From Promethearchaeota archaeon (GTDB lineage: Archaea; Asgardarchaeota; Lokiarchaeia; Sigyniarchaeales; SOKP01): a DNA stretch of 36,226 nucleotides. The notes under the pieces are model-generated. The model made no database searches. It saw only the letters and a program-made list of their open reading frames with translations, and was not told the DNA's origin. A program made the translations under genes and the position numbers. Below are positions 9,181-17,917 of this stretch, piece by piece. The stretch is from contig JAHLWH010000176.1 of assembly GCA_019058015.1 (NCBI GenBank), positions 1 to 36,226 on the forward strand, in the 5' to 3' direction. The number at the start of each line of letters is the position of its first letter. Position 1 is the first letter of the stretch.

Positions 9181-10413
9181 ATGAAGCCCATCGTTTCTCT
9201 TAGTTATTTTCATCGTAAGATTGGTCCATTAGTATATTATTCATTTCCAGAAAATGCTTTAGATACTAGATTATATGTTAGAATTGCAAACATTATGGAT
9301 CAAGCTATTGAAGAGGGCTTTTTTACCCATAGTATTGAAGATCTTAACTCTATGAATTATTATTTTGAAATCTATTCAGAAAAGGCTCGAGGAGGCAAGG
9401 AAATGTTAATGCTATCAGTGATTATTGATCAATCTATGACTCCAGAAATAGAACAAAATATTCTCTCATCGTGTATTGAATTTGCAGAAAAACTACAATC
9501 TAATGAAGAAGTACATAAAGCATTTTATATAAATGAAAAAAATAGCTATGATGAAATTGAACAGAAAAAAATAGAAGAAAATGAAGAATTAATTAAATTA
9601 TGGCTAAAGGAATTATATTGGGCCTCATTAGACGAAATTCGTGAAAAAACTGAAGAAGAACAAATATCAATTCTACTAAAAAATAAAGAATTTTTTTTTA
9701 CACTCGAGAAGCTTTCTAATGGACCAATTACATATGAAGATTTACAAAAATGGTTCAATAAAACTTTCAAAAAATCATTATTTGAAGATTTAATAAAAAC
9801 ATTGTTAAATCAAGGTTTTATCAACATAAATGAAATTGGTTATGAAAGATACATTCTTCTTGTAAAAGAAGTTGAATCAATACGAATGCCACCAAAAAGT
9901 GTTATTGAACACTTTGATGAAAAACCAATGTTAATTGCTCTAGTTATTCAAAAAGTAACACAATTTTTTGATGCATATAAACCAACCAAAGAAGATTCAT
10001 TTCAATTATTTCAATTCATTTCGGACTCTAAAATATATAATGTGCTTTCAAAACTTAGAGTAGGTCCAATTTTAAAAAGTGTTCTCCCAAAACTCATCTC
10101 AGAAAAAGCTTTAGCGTCTTACTTCGAAATTCTCGACACTTTAAAAAAAGTTGAAATTATTGATGAATTTAAACATGAAGGGGCAATTTACGTTATTTTA
10201 AAAACTGATATTCAAATAACTACCTCATTTCCTAAATATCTTAGGAAATTATTACCAAGAGAATCTAAAGCGGTTATTGCTGATAAATATGAACCACCTG
10301 CAAAAAAAAAAATTGATGTAAAAAATTTTCTTGATGATTTATCATCAAAACCTAGTTATAAGAATGAAGTGGAAAAGAAAAGAAAAGTATCTAAGAAAAA
10401 AAAGAAAAAATAA
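9181..10413 (+). CDS. Longin/uDENN-like N-terminal domain protein with probable winged-helix repeats and a basic tail
   Basis: GGAGGT SD; N-terminus LSYFHRKIGPLVYYSFP fits the FH..xGP longin/uDENN start; ARGG..MLML; two HTH-like segments ending in L...G.I...Y.L. Confidence 0.65.
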   Translation: MKPIVSLSYFHRKIGPLVYYSFPENALDTRLYVRIANIMDQAIEEGFFTHSIEDLNSMNYYFEIYSEKARGGKEMLMLSVIIDQSMTPEIEQNILSSCIEFAEKLQSNEEVHKAFYINEKNSYDEIEQKKIEENEELIKLWLKELYWASLDEIREKTEEEQISILLKNKEFFFTLEKLSNGPITYEDLQKWFNKTFKKSLFEDLIKTLLNQGFININEIGYERYILLVKEVESIRMPPKSVIEHFDEKPMLIALVIQKVTQFFDAYKPTKEDSFQLFQFISDSKIYNVLSKLRVGPILKSVLPKLISEKALASYFEILDTLKKVEIIDEFKHEGAIYVILKTDIQITTSFPKYLRKLLPRESKAVIADKYEPPAKKKIDVKNFLDDLSSKPSYKNEVEKKRKVSKKKKKK

Positions 10414-10554
10414 TAATAAACTACCTCAGTCTATTAAATAAAAATCAATCTTTATGATTTTTTTTAATAAATTGAAATATTTGAGCTTTTTAAAGAGAGC
10501 AAGAAAATTTAATTAATAAAACCCTTTAAAATATTTTTAATTTTAGATATTACA

Positions 10555-10824
10555 ATGTTTGCTAACAAAAAAAAAACAAATGACGGCATAAACTTGAAAT
10601 ATTTAATAGGAGATATGGGTTTTGAGATTCTTCTTGCTATCGAGAAAGGAGCTAGTAAAAAAGAAACTATTAAATTACTTTCAGGAGTCCCGATGGAATG
10701 CATTAATGGAAGACTACCAGTTTTAATTGATCTTAATTTAATAAGCAAAAATAATGAAGAATTTTACATAACTGAAAGAGGAATCAAATTTAAAAAACGA
10801 GTAGAATTTAAAAATAAAATTTAA
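10555..10824 (+). CDS. Small winged-helix protein
   Basis: ILLAI..G....I..LSGVP...I..RL..L....LI.....FYITERG wHTH pattern. Confidence 0.8.
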   Translation: MFANKKKTNDGINLKYLIGDMGFEILLAIEKGASKKETIKLLSGVPMECINGRLPVLIDLNLISKNNEEFYITERGIKFKKRVEFKNKI

Positions 10825-10848
10825 TAAAGATTTTAAATTAAGTAAATA

Positions 10849-10922
10849 TGCATGATGATGTACTCAGTGACAATCTGAGCTAATGCTCTTGGCAATGATT
10901 TTGTCGCCCCAAACTGAATGCA
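10849..10922 (+). ncRNA. Box C/D methylation-guide sRNA
   Basis: Box C ATGATGA 10852-10858, D' CTGA 10875-10878, C'-like ATGATT 10895-10900, D CTGA 10914-10917, terminal stem TGCAT/ATGCA; GC-richer than its flanks. Confidence 0.85.
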
Positions 10923-10931
10923 CCTATCAAT

Positions 10932-12041
10932 TTATCTCTCTCTTTTTCCTTCAATAAATTCTTGAACCCACTGTTTGGCTATTACATCAGAAGGGGCTTG
11001 AATTGGAGGATGCTTAAAACAAAATGAACTAATACTATCTAATTGTCCTGAAATGCCTCGATCTAAAGCAATCTTCATTACTCTTAGTAAATCAAATATC
11101 ACTCCAGCAGAATTTGGAGAGTCTTCAACTTTTAATTTTGTATCAAGAATAAGAGGTAATCCCCCAAATGTTATTCCATTAACTTGAATATAACAAATTT
11201 TTTTATCTTTTAAAAAGGGAACATAATCGCTGGGTCCAATTCTACATTTTATTGGATAAGGTAAAACACTTGTTATGGCAGAAGTCTTTGACTTCCTTTT
11301 AGTTGTTAATCTCGACTCTTTTTTCATATTTTCAAAATCTGTATTTCCACCAATATTAAGCTGAAAAGTATCATTGACTATAACACCTCGATCTAAAAAT
11401 AATTTCGTTGCAACTCGATGTAATATGGTTGCCCCGACTTGAGATTTGATGTCATCCCCTGCACATGGAAGATTATTATCCTCAAATTTTTTTACCCAAT
11501 CTATATCTCCAAGAACTTGTTTGCTCACAATAAATTCAGGAATGCAATTTATGAATCCACAACCCGCCTCTATTGTAGCCCGGGCATAAATTCTTGATGC
11601 TTCAAAGCTTCCCACCGGTAATAAATTTAATAAAATCTCAGCTTTAGAATTTTTCAATTCTTGAACAATATCAACCGGTTTTATTTCTGATTCATCATAG
11701 CAATAAAATGAATCTGTCATATGCTTTGCACATCCATCGGAAATAGGTCCAGCTTTAACAAGAACTCCAGATTTTTTAAGATTCTCTGGATCTACAAATA
11801 TTTGGCAACAATTTGGAGGGGTGAAAATAGCTTCATGAATATCCTTACCAATTTTTTTTTTATTAATATCAAATGCACAAACGCATTCTAAATCATACGG
11901 AGTATAATTACCAATCTTGGGATTCATTAAACCATGAATATGTAAATTATTTTCATCAATTTTTTCATAATATTTTATTCCTTGAATTACTGCAGATCCA
12001 ACATTTCCTATTCCAGCAATTGCAAATTTTATTTTTCTGAT
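10932..12041 (-). CDS. ino1: myo-inositol-1-phosphate synthase (archaeal/actinobacterial type); probable ATC start 38 codons upstream of the tracked ATG
   Basis: LPVGS, FINCIP, GDDIKSQVGAT, QLNIGGNTDF, GPSDYVP and EDSPNSAG motifs; the Rossmann motif KIKFAIAGIGNVGS lies in frame upstream of 11927. Confidence 0.93.
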   Translation of the reverse strand: MRKIKFAIAGIGNVGSAVIQGIKYYEKIDENNLHIHGLMNPKIGNYTPYDLECVCAFDINKKKIGKDIHEAIFTPPNCCQIFVDPENLKKSGVLVKAGPISDGCAKHMTDSFYCYDESEIKPVDIVQELKNSKAEILLNLLPVGSFEASRIYARATIEAGCGFINCIPEFIVSKQVLGDIDWVKKFEDNNLPCAGDDIKSQVGATILHRVATKLFLDRGVIVNDTFQLNIGGNTDFENMKKESRLTTKRKSKTSAITSVLPYPIKCRIGPSDYVPFLKDKKICYIQVNGITFGGLPLILDTKLKVEDSPNSAGVIFDLLRVMKIALDRGISGQLDSISSFCFKHPPIQAPSDVIAKQWVQEFIEGKRER

Positions 12042-12131
12042 ATTAATTTCCCCTTAAAAAGCTCTCATTTGATAAAATATTTAATAACAATTTAAAGACA
12101 AAATTTAATTTTAAAATCAATACATTTACCT

Positions 12132-12530
12132 TCAATCTCTATATTTTCTCTCATAATAACCCCATTTCTTTTTTTCTCCAAAACTTTCTATCCCCTCATT
12201 TTTTATTCGGTTCTTTAAGGTATTATATTCCTTTTCAGATATTTCTTCTCTTTTAAGGAGAAAATCTAAAATATCGTGAGCCTCTTCTTGAGTACTACAA
12301 CGTCTTATAAAATTCTCTACCCTAGGATTAAAGAGTTCATCTGATTTTTCTATAATTTCATTAGAATCTGTAATTCCATTTATTCTAATTTTTTGACTAC
12401 TTTTTTTTAATTCATTAAAAAGATGAGGAAGAATTTTCTTAATCTCTTCTCTATCATAAGATATTGAAATACCTTTCTTATCGTCAATAATTACTTTCTT
12501 TAAACTACTTTCTTTATCTTTTTTCCCCAT
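12132..12530 (-). CDS. DUF2095-like archaeal protein
   Basis: NP.V..FIRRC.T.EEA..I..FL..R.EI and FG.KK.WGYY. Confidence 0.75.
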   Translation of the reverse strand: MGKKDKESSLKKVIIDDKKGISISYDREEIKKILPHLFNELKKSSQKIRINGITDSNEIIEKSDELFNPRVENFIRRCSTQEEAHDILDFLLKREEISEKEYNTLKNRIKNEGIESFGEKKKWGYYERKYRD

Positions 12531-12761
12531 TTTTCAAAAAATCTATAAATTTATTTTAATAAAATAATTTTTAGTTAAGTTAAAAAATTATCTAGATAAT
12601 CAAATCAAAAGAATATAAATCATTATAAATGACTATAAGGAATTTTCTTTATAAAAAAGCTTTTAATGTTAAACTTGATCATTTACCTTAATTTTTAGAG
12701 AAACAAAATTTTTAACTTATGAAATTTTTTAACAATTACATTAGAATTAAGTGAAACATGT

Positions 12762-13346
12762 TTGAAGTCAGGATATAGATTCATTAAGGAGACTTTTCAG
12801 AATATGGAAACTGGACATGATACAGACTATTGGCATAGAGGTATAAAATATAGAAAGGGTAGATCAGTCGAACGCATAGAAAAACCAACTAAATTATATA
12901 GGGCGAGGGAATTAGGTTATAAAGCAAAACAAGGATATAGTATCGTTCGCTCGAGAATCCGAAAAGGTAGTCGACGTAAATCTAGACCAAAAATGGGTAG
13001 AAAACCAAGAGCTATGGGAGTATCAAAAATTACTCCTGGGAAAAACTTACAAAGAATTGCCGAAGAAAGAGCCCAGAAAAAATATCCAAATCTTGAAGTC
13101 TTAAATTCATATAAAGTGTATGATGACGGAAAATCGTGGTATTATGAAGTGATATTTGTTGATCCACATCATCCAAGGATTATCTCAGATCCAAATATAA
13201 ATTGGATTGGACATCAACAACATAAGAAGAGAGTCTTTAGAGGATTGACTTCTGCAGGAAAACGGGGTAGGGGTTTGCATAAGAAAGGATGGGGTTCTGA
13301 AAAAACCCGCCCAAGCATCAGAGCAAATAAAGGACGTGGAAAATAA
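12762..13346 (+). CDS. rpl15e: 50S ribosomal protein L15e
   Basis: ARELGYKAKQG, AEERA..KYPNLEVLNSY, YEVIFVDP.HP, RVFRGLTSAG. Confidence 0.98.
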   Translation: MKSGYRFIKETFQNMETGHDTDYWHRGIKYRKGRSVERIEKPTKLYRARELGYKAKQGYSIVRSRIRKGSRRKSRPKMGRKPRAMGVSKITPGKNLQRIAEERAQKKYPNLEVLNSYKVYDDGKSWYYEVIFVDPHHPRIISDPNINWIGHQQHKKRVFRGLTSAGKRGRGLHKKGWGSEKTRPSIRANKGRGK

Positions 13347-13568
13347 ATTACTTTAAGTATCATTCATTTAGTTTTAATCTATTTAATCCCTATTTTTATA
13401 ATCTAAAATTATTGATGTATAATTTAGTGTGAATTTAAATATCGATCTATCTTTTTACGAATTATATATTAATCAAGATCAAAAACAAAATTTATCACAT
13501 AAAATAGAAATTTTAAAAATAATATTAATTTAAAAAAACTGTCTCACAATAAAGGAGTTTAACAAAAA

Positions 13569-14282
13569 TTGGGGTACTTTGAATCAAGAGTCCCGGTAGA
13601 TATCGAAAAATATGATGATATCATAGATAGGCTCAAATTTCTTCGAAAATTGGATTTTAAAAATGTTATCTTAGAACCAATAAATAGTATTGAAAAATTG
13701 CCACAAAAATTAATAGAAAAAATAAGAAAAGCAATCAATCTTAATATCTATTTCAGAATAAATCTAAAACCAAAAAATATTACAGAGTTAAAACAATTGA
13801 TAAAAAAATATAATAATTTTTCACATATTTTATCAGTGGAATCTGAAAATAAAGAAATACAAATTTTTTGCGCAAGAGATACTAGAATTGATGTTGTATC
13901 CTTCTCTTATCCAAATATTGCAAAAACATTAACTCCTGGGGTATTATCCCTTTCTAAGCAGTATAATTCTTTTATTGAATTTTCTTTTGCTCCGATTTTT
14001 AATGAAAATAAATATATTCAATCTAAAAATATTCGTATTATATATTCTGCATTACGAATGACTTTAGTTAAAAAAGCTAATTATTTCATAAGTGGAAATT
14101 TTCCAAGTATTTTTGATTTCCGATCTCCAAGAATATTAATAAGTATTTGTCAAACGCTTTTAGATATGAGTTCTACTAACGCTAAATTATCTTTAAAAGA
14201 TAATCCCTCTAAATTAATACAAAAATTAAATAAAAAAATTGATCCTAATATCATTGAAGATGGAGTTAAAATAATAAAATAA
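13569..14282 (+). CDS. rnp3: RNase P protein Rpp30
   Basis: RIDVVSF, IEF, ISG....DFRSPR motifs; conserved position between rpl15e and pop5. Confidence 0.85.
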   Translation: MGYFESRVPVDIEKYDDIIDRLKFLRKLDFKNVILEPINSIEKLPQKLIEKIRKAINLNIYFRINLKPKNITELKQLIKKYNNFSHILSVESENKEIQIFCARDTRIDVVSFSYPNIAKTLTPGVLSLSKQYNSFIEFSFAPIFNENKYIQSKNIRIIYSALRMTLVKKANYFISGNFPSIFDFRSPRILISICQTLLDMSSTNAKLSLKDNPSKLIQKLNKKIDPNIIEDGVKIIK

Positions 14283-14304
14283 GTAAATTGGAGTTAAATG
14301 GACA

Positions 14305-14634
14305 TTGAAATTTGAAAGACAGCGATATATTTTATTTTATTTTATTATTGAAAAAGATATAATAATTGATGGAAAATCTATTATCAATCTTATTTGGAAA
14401 AATTTATTTAGATATTTTGGCATAAAAGAGACAAGCAAAATCGGATTATGGTTAGTTAAGTTAAATTTAGAAGAACGATGGGGTATATTAAGATTTGCTC
14501 ATACATCAAAAGAAATTGTAATTACTTCATTAGGAATGATACGATATTTGCAGAATTCACGAATATCTATTTATCCCATAAAAACAAGCGGAACAATAAA
14601 AAAATTAAGAAAAATATTAAAAACCTTTCATTAG
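14305..14634 (+). CDS. rnp2: RNase P protein Pop5/Rpp14
   Basis: RQRYILF, YFG, GILR, TSGTIKKL. Confidence 0.92.
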   Translation: MKFERQRYILFYFIIEKDIIIDGKSIINLIWKNLFRYFGIKETSKIGLWLVKLNLEERWGILRFAHTSKEIVITSLGMIRYLQNSRISIYPIKTSGTIKKLRKILKTFH

Positions 14635-14654
14635 AAAAAAATTTTCTTTTAAAT

Positions 14655-15071
14655 ATGAATGAAAAAAAAATATTAACTACTGCATTTTTAAAGAAAATTA
14701 ATGATGATTTTTCATTAAAAATCGATGTTTCAAAATCCACCTTACAAAGTTTAGAAAATAAAAGTAATCTTTTAATAATACAAACTATTTCAAAAAAATT
14801 TCTAAAATATATGGTTTATCCAATTCAAAATGATACCGTCATAAAAATAACAATTTATGGAATTGACTTTTCCAGTGAGAATACATTAAAAATATTTGAA
14901 ATCCTAAAAAATTTTAATATTATTCATACATCCGGAGTATCATTAAAAAAAGATGAAATAATTCAAGAAATATATTTAAATCCAAAAGAAATAGATCAAG
15001 GTATTTTGGAAAAAGAAATTAAAGAAATAGAAGGAATTTATAAATTATTGATTGAAAAAATAAATTACTAA
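14655..15071 (+). CDS. Hypothetical protein with a possible C-terminal ACT-like domain
   Basis: Start reassigned to the ATG at 14655 to avoid a long overlap with pop5; IIHTSG and an alternating beta/alpha pattern. Confidence 0.55.
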   Translation: MNEKKILTTAFLKKINDDFSLKIDVSKSTLQSLENKSNLLIIQTISKKFLKYMVYPIQNDTVIKITIYGIDFSSENTLKIFEILKNFNIIHTSGVSLKKDEIIQEIYLNPKEIDQGILEKEIKEIEGIYKLLIEKINY

Positions 15072-15108
15072 AAATTAAAAAAAAATTAATCATAATAAAT
15101 GAACTTTA

Positions 15109-15552
15109 ATGAAGATATGGAAAATCGGGATCGAATTTTCTGATGGAACAAGTGATCAGTTAGAACTATATGATAGTGCATCAATATTCAATAGATATAT
15201 AACCATCAAACGTAGGTATTTTGATGAATTAATTAAACAAATAAAAGATAACCCAAAATATATTACGGGGAAAGCAATTAATAAAGTTTCTGGTCCAGAT
15301 GGATCTGATTGGACAAATAATCCATGGCTTTTTTTATTAATAAAAGATGTGGAAAATCAAAAACCAATTTGGCTCTTATTTAAAAGAGAGAAAAATCTAG
15401 ACGGATTACTTGTTGCAATAGGTCCAAAAAAATTTGCAAATTATTTAAATTCTAGCAAGGAATCAGATAAAACTATTAAGAAATTATTAAATTACTTTAT
15501 AGCATACCCTAGCAAGTGGACAAATCTAGTTCTGCTTCCAAATTTTCTTTAA
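15109..15552 (+). CDS. Hypothetical protein
   Basis: 147-aa ORF co-oriented with its neighbours; no recognisable motif. Confidence 0.7.
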   Translation: MKIWKIGIEFSDGTSDQLELYDSASIFNRYITIKRRYFDELIKQIKDNPKYITGKAINKVSGPDGSDWTNNPWLFLLIKDVENQKPIWLLFKREKNLDGLLVAIGPKKFANYLNSSKESDKTIKKLLNYFIAYPSKWTNLVLLPNFL

Positions 15553-15637
15553 AATTTTTAGTATCCATTTAAAATGTATTTTTCACTATAATCTAATATT
15601 ATATTTAATAATGTTGAAATAAATTGGTTCGACTCTT

Positions 15638-16483
15638 GTGAAGAAAATTAATAGTGTAAAAAAATTTCTTGCATTTATTATTCTTGTCTCAATAATTTAT
15701 TCTCTAAATTCTTTTCCAAAATTTGTTGGAGCCGGTTTTAATGATGATATTTTAACCTCAGTTGAAACAATGCCAATAATTATTGATGGAAATTTTAGTT
15801 CTATAGAAGATGAATGGACAAACGCAAATAGTACAGAAGGATTTATTGATGATCTTCCTATTGAAATTTGGGTTTGTCATAATAAATCTAATTCATCATT
15901 ATATATAGCAATTAGTATTGAGTTAGAAATCCATCCTTCCAATGAATTTTTAGGAATAATTCTTTGCAATTCTTCAAATGAAAATGAAACGGAATTTTTA
16001 GATGCGAAAATTGTTCAAAACTATAATTTGGATAATTCATCACTTCATAATACATCATTTTTTGATATTTATATAGTCAGTGGAACCAATTATATTCTAG
16101 ATACTAATATAAATGGAAATGGCTCCTGTAAGCTTGATGAGAAGAAGACTAAATATGAATTTGAAATAGAATTCAATGAAAATAATACAGATAAGCAGGA
16201 TGTTTTATTAAATCTCTCACAAACTTATGCAATAAAATTCATATATGGAAATAATCCCAATGGAAATAATCCCAATTATAATAGCTCAATTTTAAAAGAA
16301 TCTGCAACTTTAAAAATAAAGATTGGTTTGTTCGAAGAATCTGATGAATCACCTTTAGATCTATTAGAATTAACAATAAATGTTTTTACAATAACTTTTT
16401 TTATCAGTGCAGGGATTATTTATAGTTATTTTGGTTTTTATATCTTTAAAACTAAAAGCAAACATAAAAGGAGGAGAAGATAA
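15638..16483 (+). CDS. Secreted, C-terminally anchored surface (glyco)protein with a possible DOMON/CBM9-like beta-sandwich
   Basis: N-terminal signal, IIIDG...DEW motif, many N-x-S/T sequons, C-terminal TM followed by a KHKRRRR tail. Confidence 0.7.
   Translation: MKKINSVKKFLAFIILVSIIYSLNSFPKFVGAGFNDDILTSVETMPIIIDGNFSSIEDEWTNANSTEGFIDDLPIEIWVCHNKSNSSLYIAISIELEIHPSNEFLGIILCNSSNENETEFLDAKIVQNYNLDNSSLHNTSFFDIYIVSGTNYILDTNINGNGSCKLDEKKTKYEFEIEFNENNTDKQDVLLNLSQTYAIKFIYGNNPNGNNPNYNSSILKESATLKIKIGLFEESDESPLDLLELTINVFTITFFISAGIIYSYFGFYIFKTKSKHKRRRR
16245..16276. repeat. In-frame 15-bp tandem duplication (ATGGAAATAATCCCA x2, encoding GNNPN twice)
   Basis: Read directly from the sequence. Confidence 0.9.
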
Positions 16484-16912
16484 ACGTCTAAATATAAAAA
16501 AATTCCCGAAAAGGAAACTATAGAAAAAGAAAAACCTAAGAAAATATTAACAACGGATGAATTTATAATAAAATCGGGAATTACTTCGTTTTATTTAGCC
16601 AGTATCTTCTTTGCTGTTTCCATATTATTCAATTCAGGGATTGTAACCATTTTTATGAATCAAAATCTTTTCCTAGATTTTGTGGATATTTCAATTAAAA
16701 CAATTTCAATTATACTATTTTTCTTATTTCTTTGTGTTGCAGTAGGTAATGTAGAAGAAATAAACGGAAAAGTACTTGGTTGGAAAAAACTCACGATCCT
16801 TATAATAATTTCATTAATTCAGTCCATAAGAAATGGTTGGGTATTTCTTTTCTCAAGTATTGGAATTATTGTATTAATCCTTTATTTTTGGTTAGTCCAA
16901 GAAAGTAGATAA
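16484..16912 (+). CDS. Multi-pass membrane protein; probable ACG start (142 aa)
   Basis: The frame is open 57 codons upstream of the ATG at 16655 and adds a further TM segment; GGAGG precedes TAA-ACG. Confidence 0.6.
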   Translation, partial: TSKYKKIPEKETIEKEKPKKILTTDEFIIKSGITSFYLASIFFAVSILFNSGIVTIFMNQNLFLDFVDISIKTISIILFFLFLCVAVGNVEEINGKVLGWKKLTILIIISLIQSIRNGWVFLFSSIGIIVLILYFWLVQESR

Positions 16913-16935
16913 AAAAGAGATAATAACTTTATAAA

Positions 16936-17082
16936 TTAAGTTAACCTGCCTAGTTCTTCTTTTAAAAGGTCTCTTACGGCCATGCGGATTGCTTCACTTC
17001 TATTTGGATATAGATCTCGCGTTACTAATTCTTCCAATTTATCTATATATTTTTCAGGTAGATGAATTGTAATTAATTTCAT
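16936..17082 (-). CDS. 48-aa ribbon-helix-helix regulator (CopG/CdrS-like), absent from the ORF track
   Basis: MKLITIHLPEKYIDKLEELVTRDLYPNRSEAIRMAVRDLLKEELGRLT*; YPNRSEAIR signature. Confidence 0.93.
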   Translation of the reverse strand: MKLITIHLPEKYIDKLEELVTRDLYPNRSEAIRMAVRDLLKEELGRLT

Positions 17083-17169
17083 GAAATTTAAATAAGAATT
17101 CAAAAATATATTTACGTGTATTATTTCAGTATTATAAAATTGGAATAAAAAAAGCTTTTTTTAAATCAT

Positions 17170-17910
17170 ATGACAAAAAACCTTTTATTAATTGCCCATC
17201 GTGGAAATAGATTAGAGTATGATGAAAATACTATAATTTCATTTTCTAAAGCTATAGAGAACGGTGTAGATTTTATTGAATTTGATCTACATATAACAAA
17301 AGATCACAAATTAGTCATTAATCATGATAATACTTTACAAAGAACTTATAATGGAAATGGTATAATTTCCAAAATGACTTATGCAGAAATTTGTAAGTTT
17401 AGAACAAAAAAAGATGGTCAGAAAATGCCATTATTTACTGAATTAATTTCAGCATTTAAAAATAAAACTAAATTTTTAGTAGAATTAAAAGGAGATAATG
17501 TAGTAGAACCTGTCGTGAAAATAATTGAAAAATATAATCTTATTTCAAATTGTGTGATTAGTTCAAGAGATCTTTGGAAATTAGAAAAAATCAAATATTT
17601 TTTACCAAATTGTAGAATTTGCTATAATATAACGAAGGCAAAGGAATATACATTAAAAAAATTCCTAAAAAATAATTCTTCAAAGATTAAATCACTTAAA
17701 TTTGATATGATTTCCCTCCGCTCTACATTGGTTTCAAAAAACTTTATTAGAATTTGTCATTCAAATAACATTATCGCCTTAGCTTGGGATTTTATTAATC
17801 TCAAGAATTCTATTTTAAAAATCAGAGAATTATTAAAATTAGATATTGATGGAATTCTATTTGATTCATTAACTAATTTAAAAATTATTAGAAATGAATT
17901 AATAAAATAA
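17170..17910 (+). CDS. Glycerophosphodiester phosphodiesterase
   Basis: IAHRG, ENT, IEFDLH.TKD...VINHD, VELK, DGILFD. Confidence 0.93.
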   Translation: MTKNLLLIAHRGNRLEYDENTIISFSKAIENGVDFIEFDLHITKDHKLVINHDNTLQRTYNGNGIISKMTYAEICKFRTKKDGQKMPLFTELISAFKNKTKFLVELKGDNVVEPVVKIIEKYNLISNCVISSRDLWKLEKIKYFLPNCRICYNITKAKEYTLKKFLKNNSSKIKSLKFDMISLRSTLVSKNFIRICHSNNIIALAWDFINLKNSILKIRELLKLDIDGILFDSLTNLKIIRNELIK

Positions 17911-17917
17911 AAATAAA

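Noticed and set aside
5714-10748. Tracked ORFs 5714..6079, 6495..6680, 6681..6896, 8401..8607, 9546..9770 and 10509..10748
   Set aside because: Antisense shadows of well-supported genes, with F/S/I/L-rich composition and no motifs.
14478-14654. N-terminal extension of the tracked 14478..15071 ORF
   Set aside because: It overlaps pop5 in another frame for more than 150 nt; the ATG at 14655 is the plausible start.
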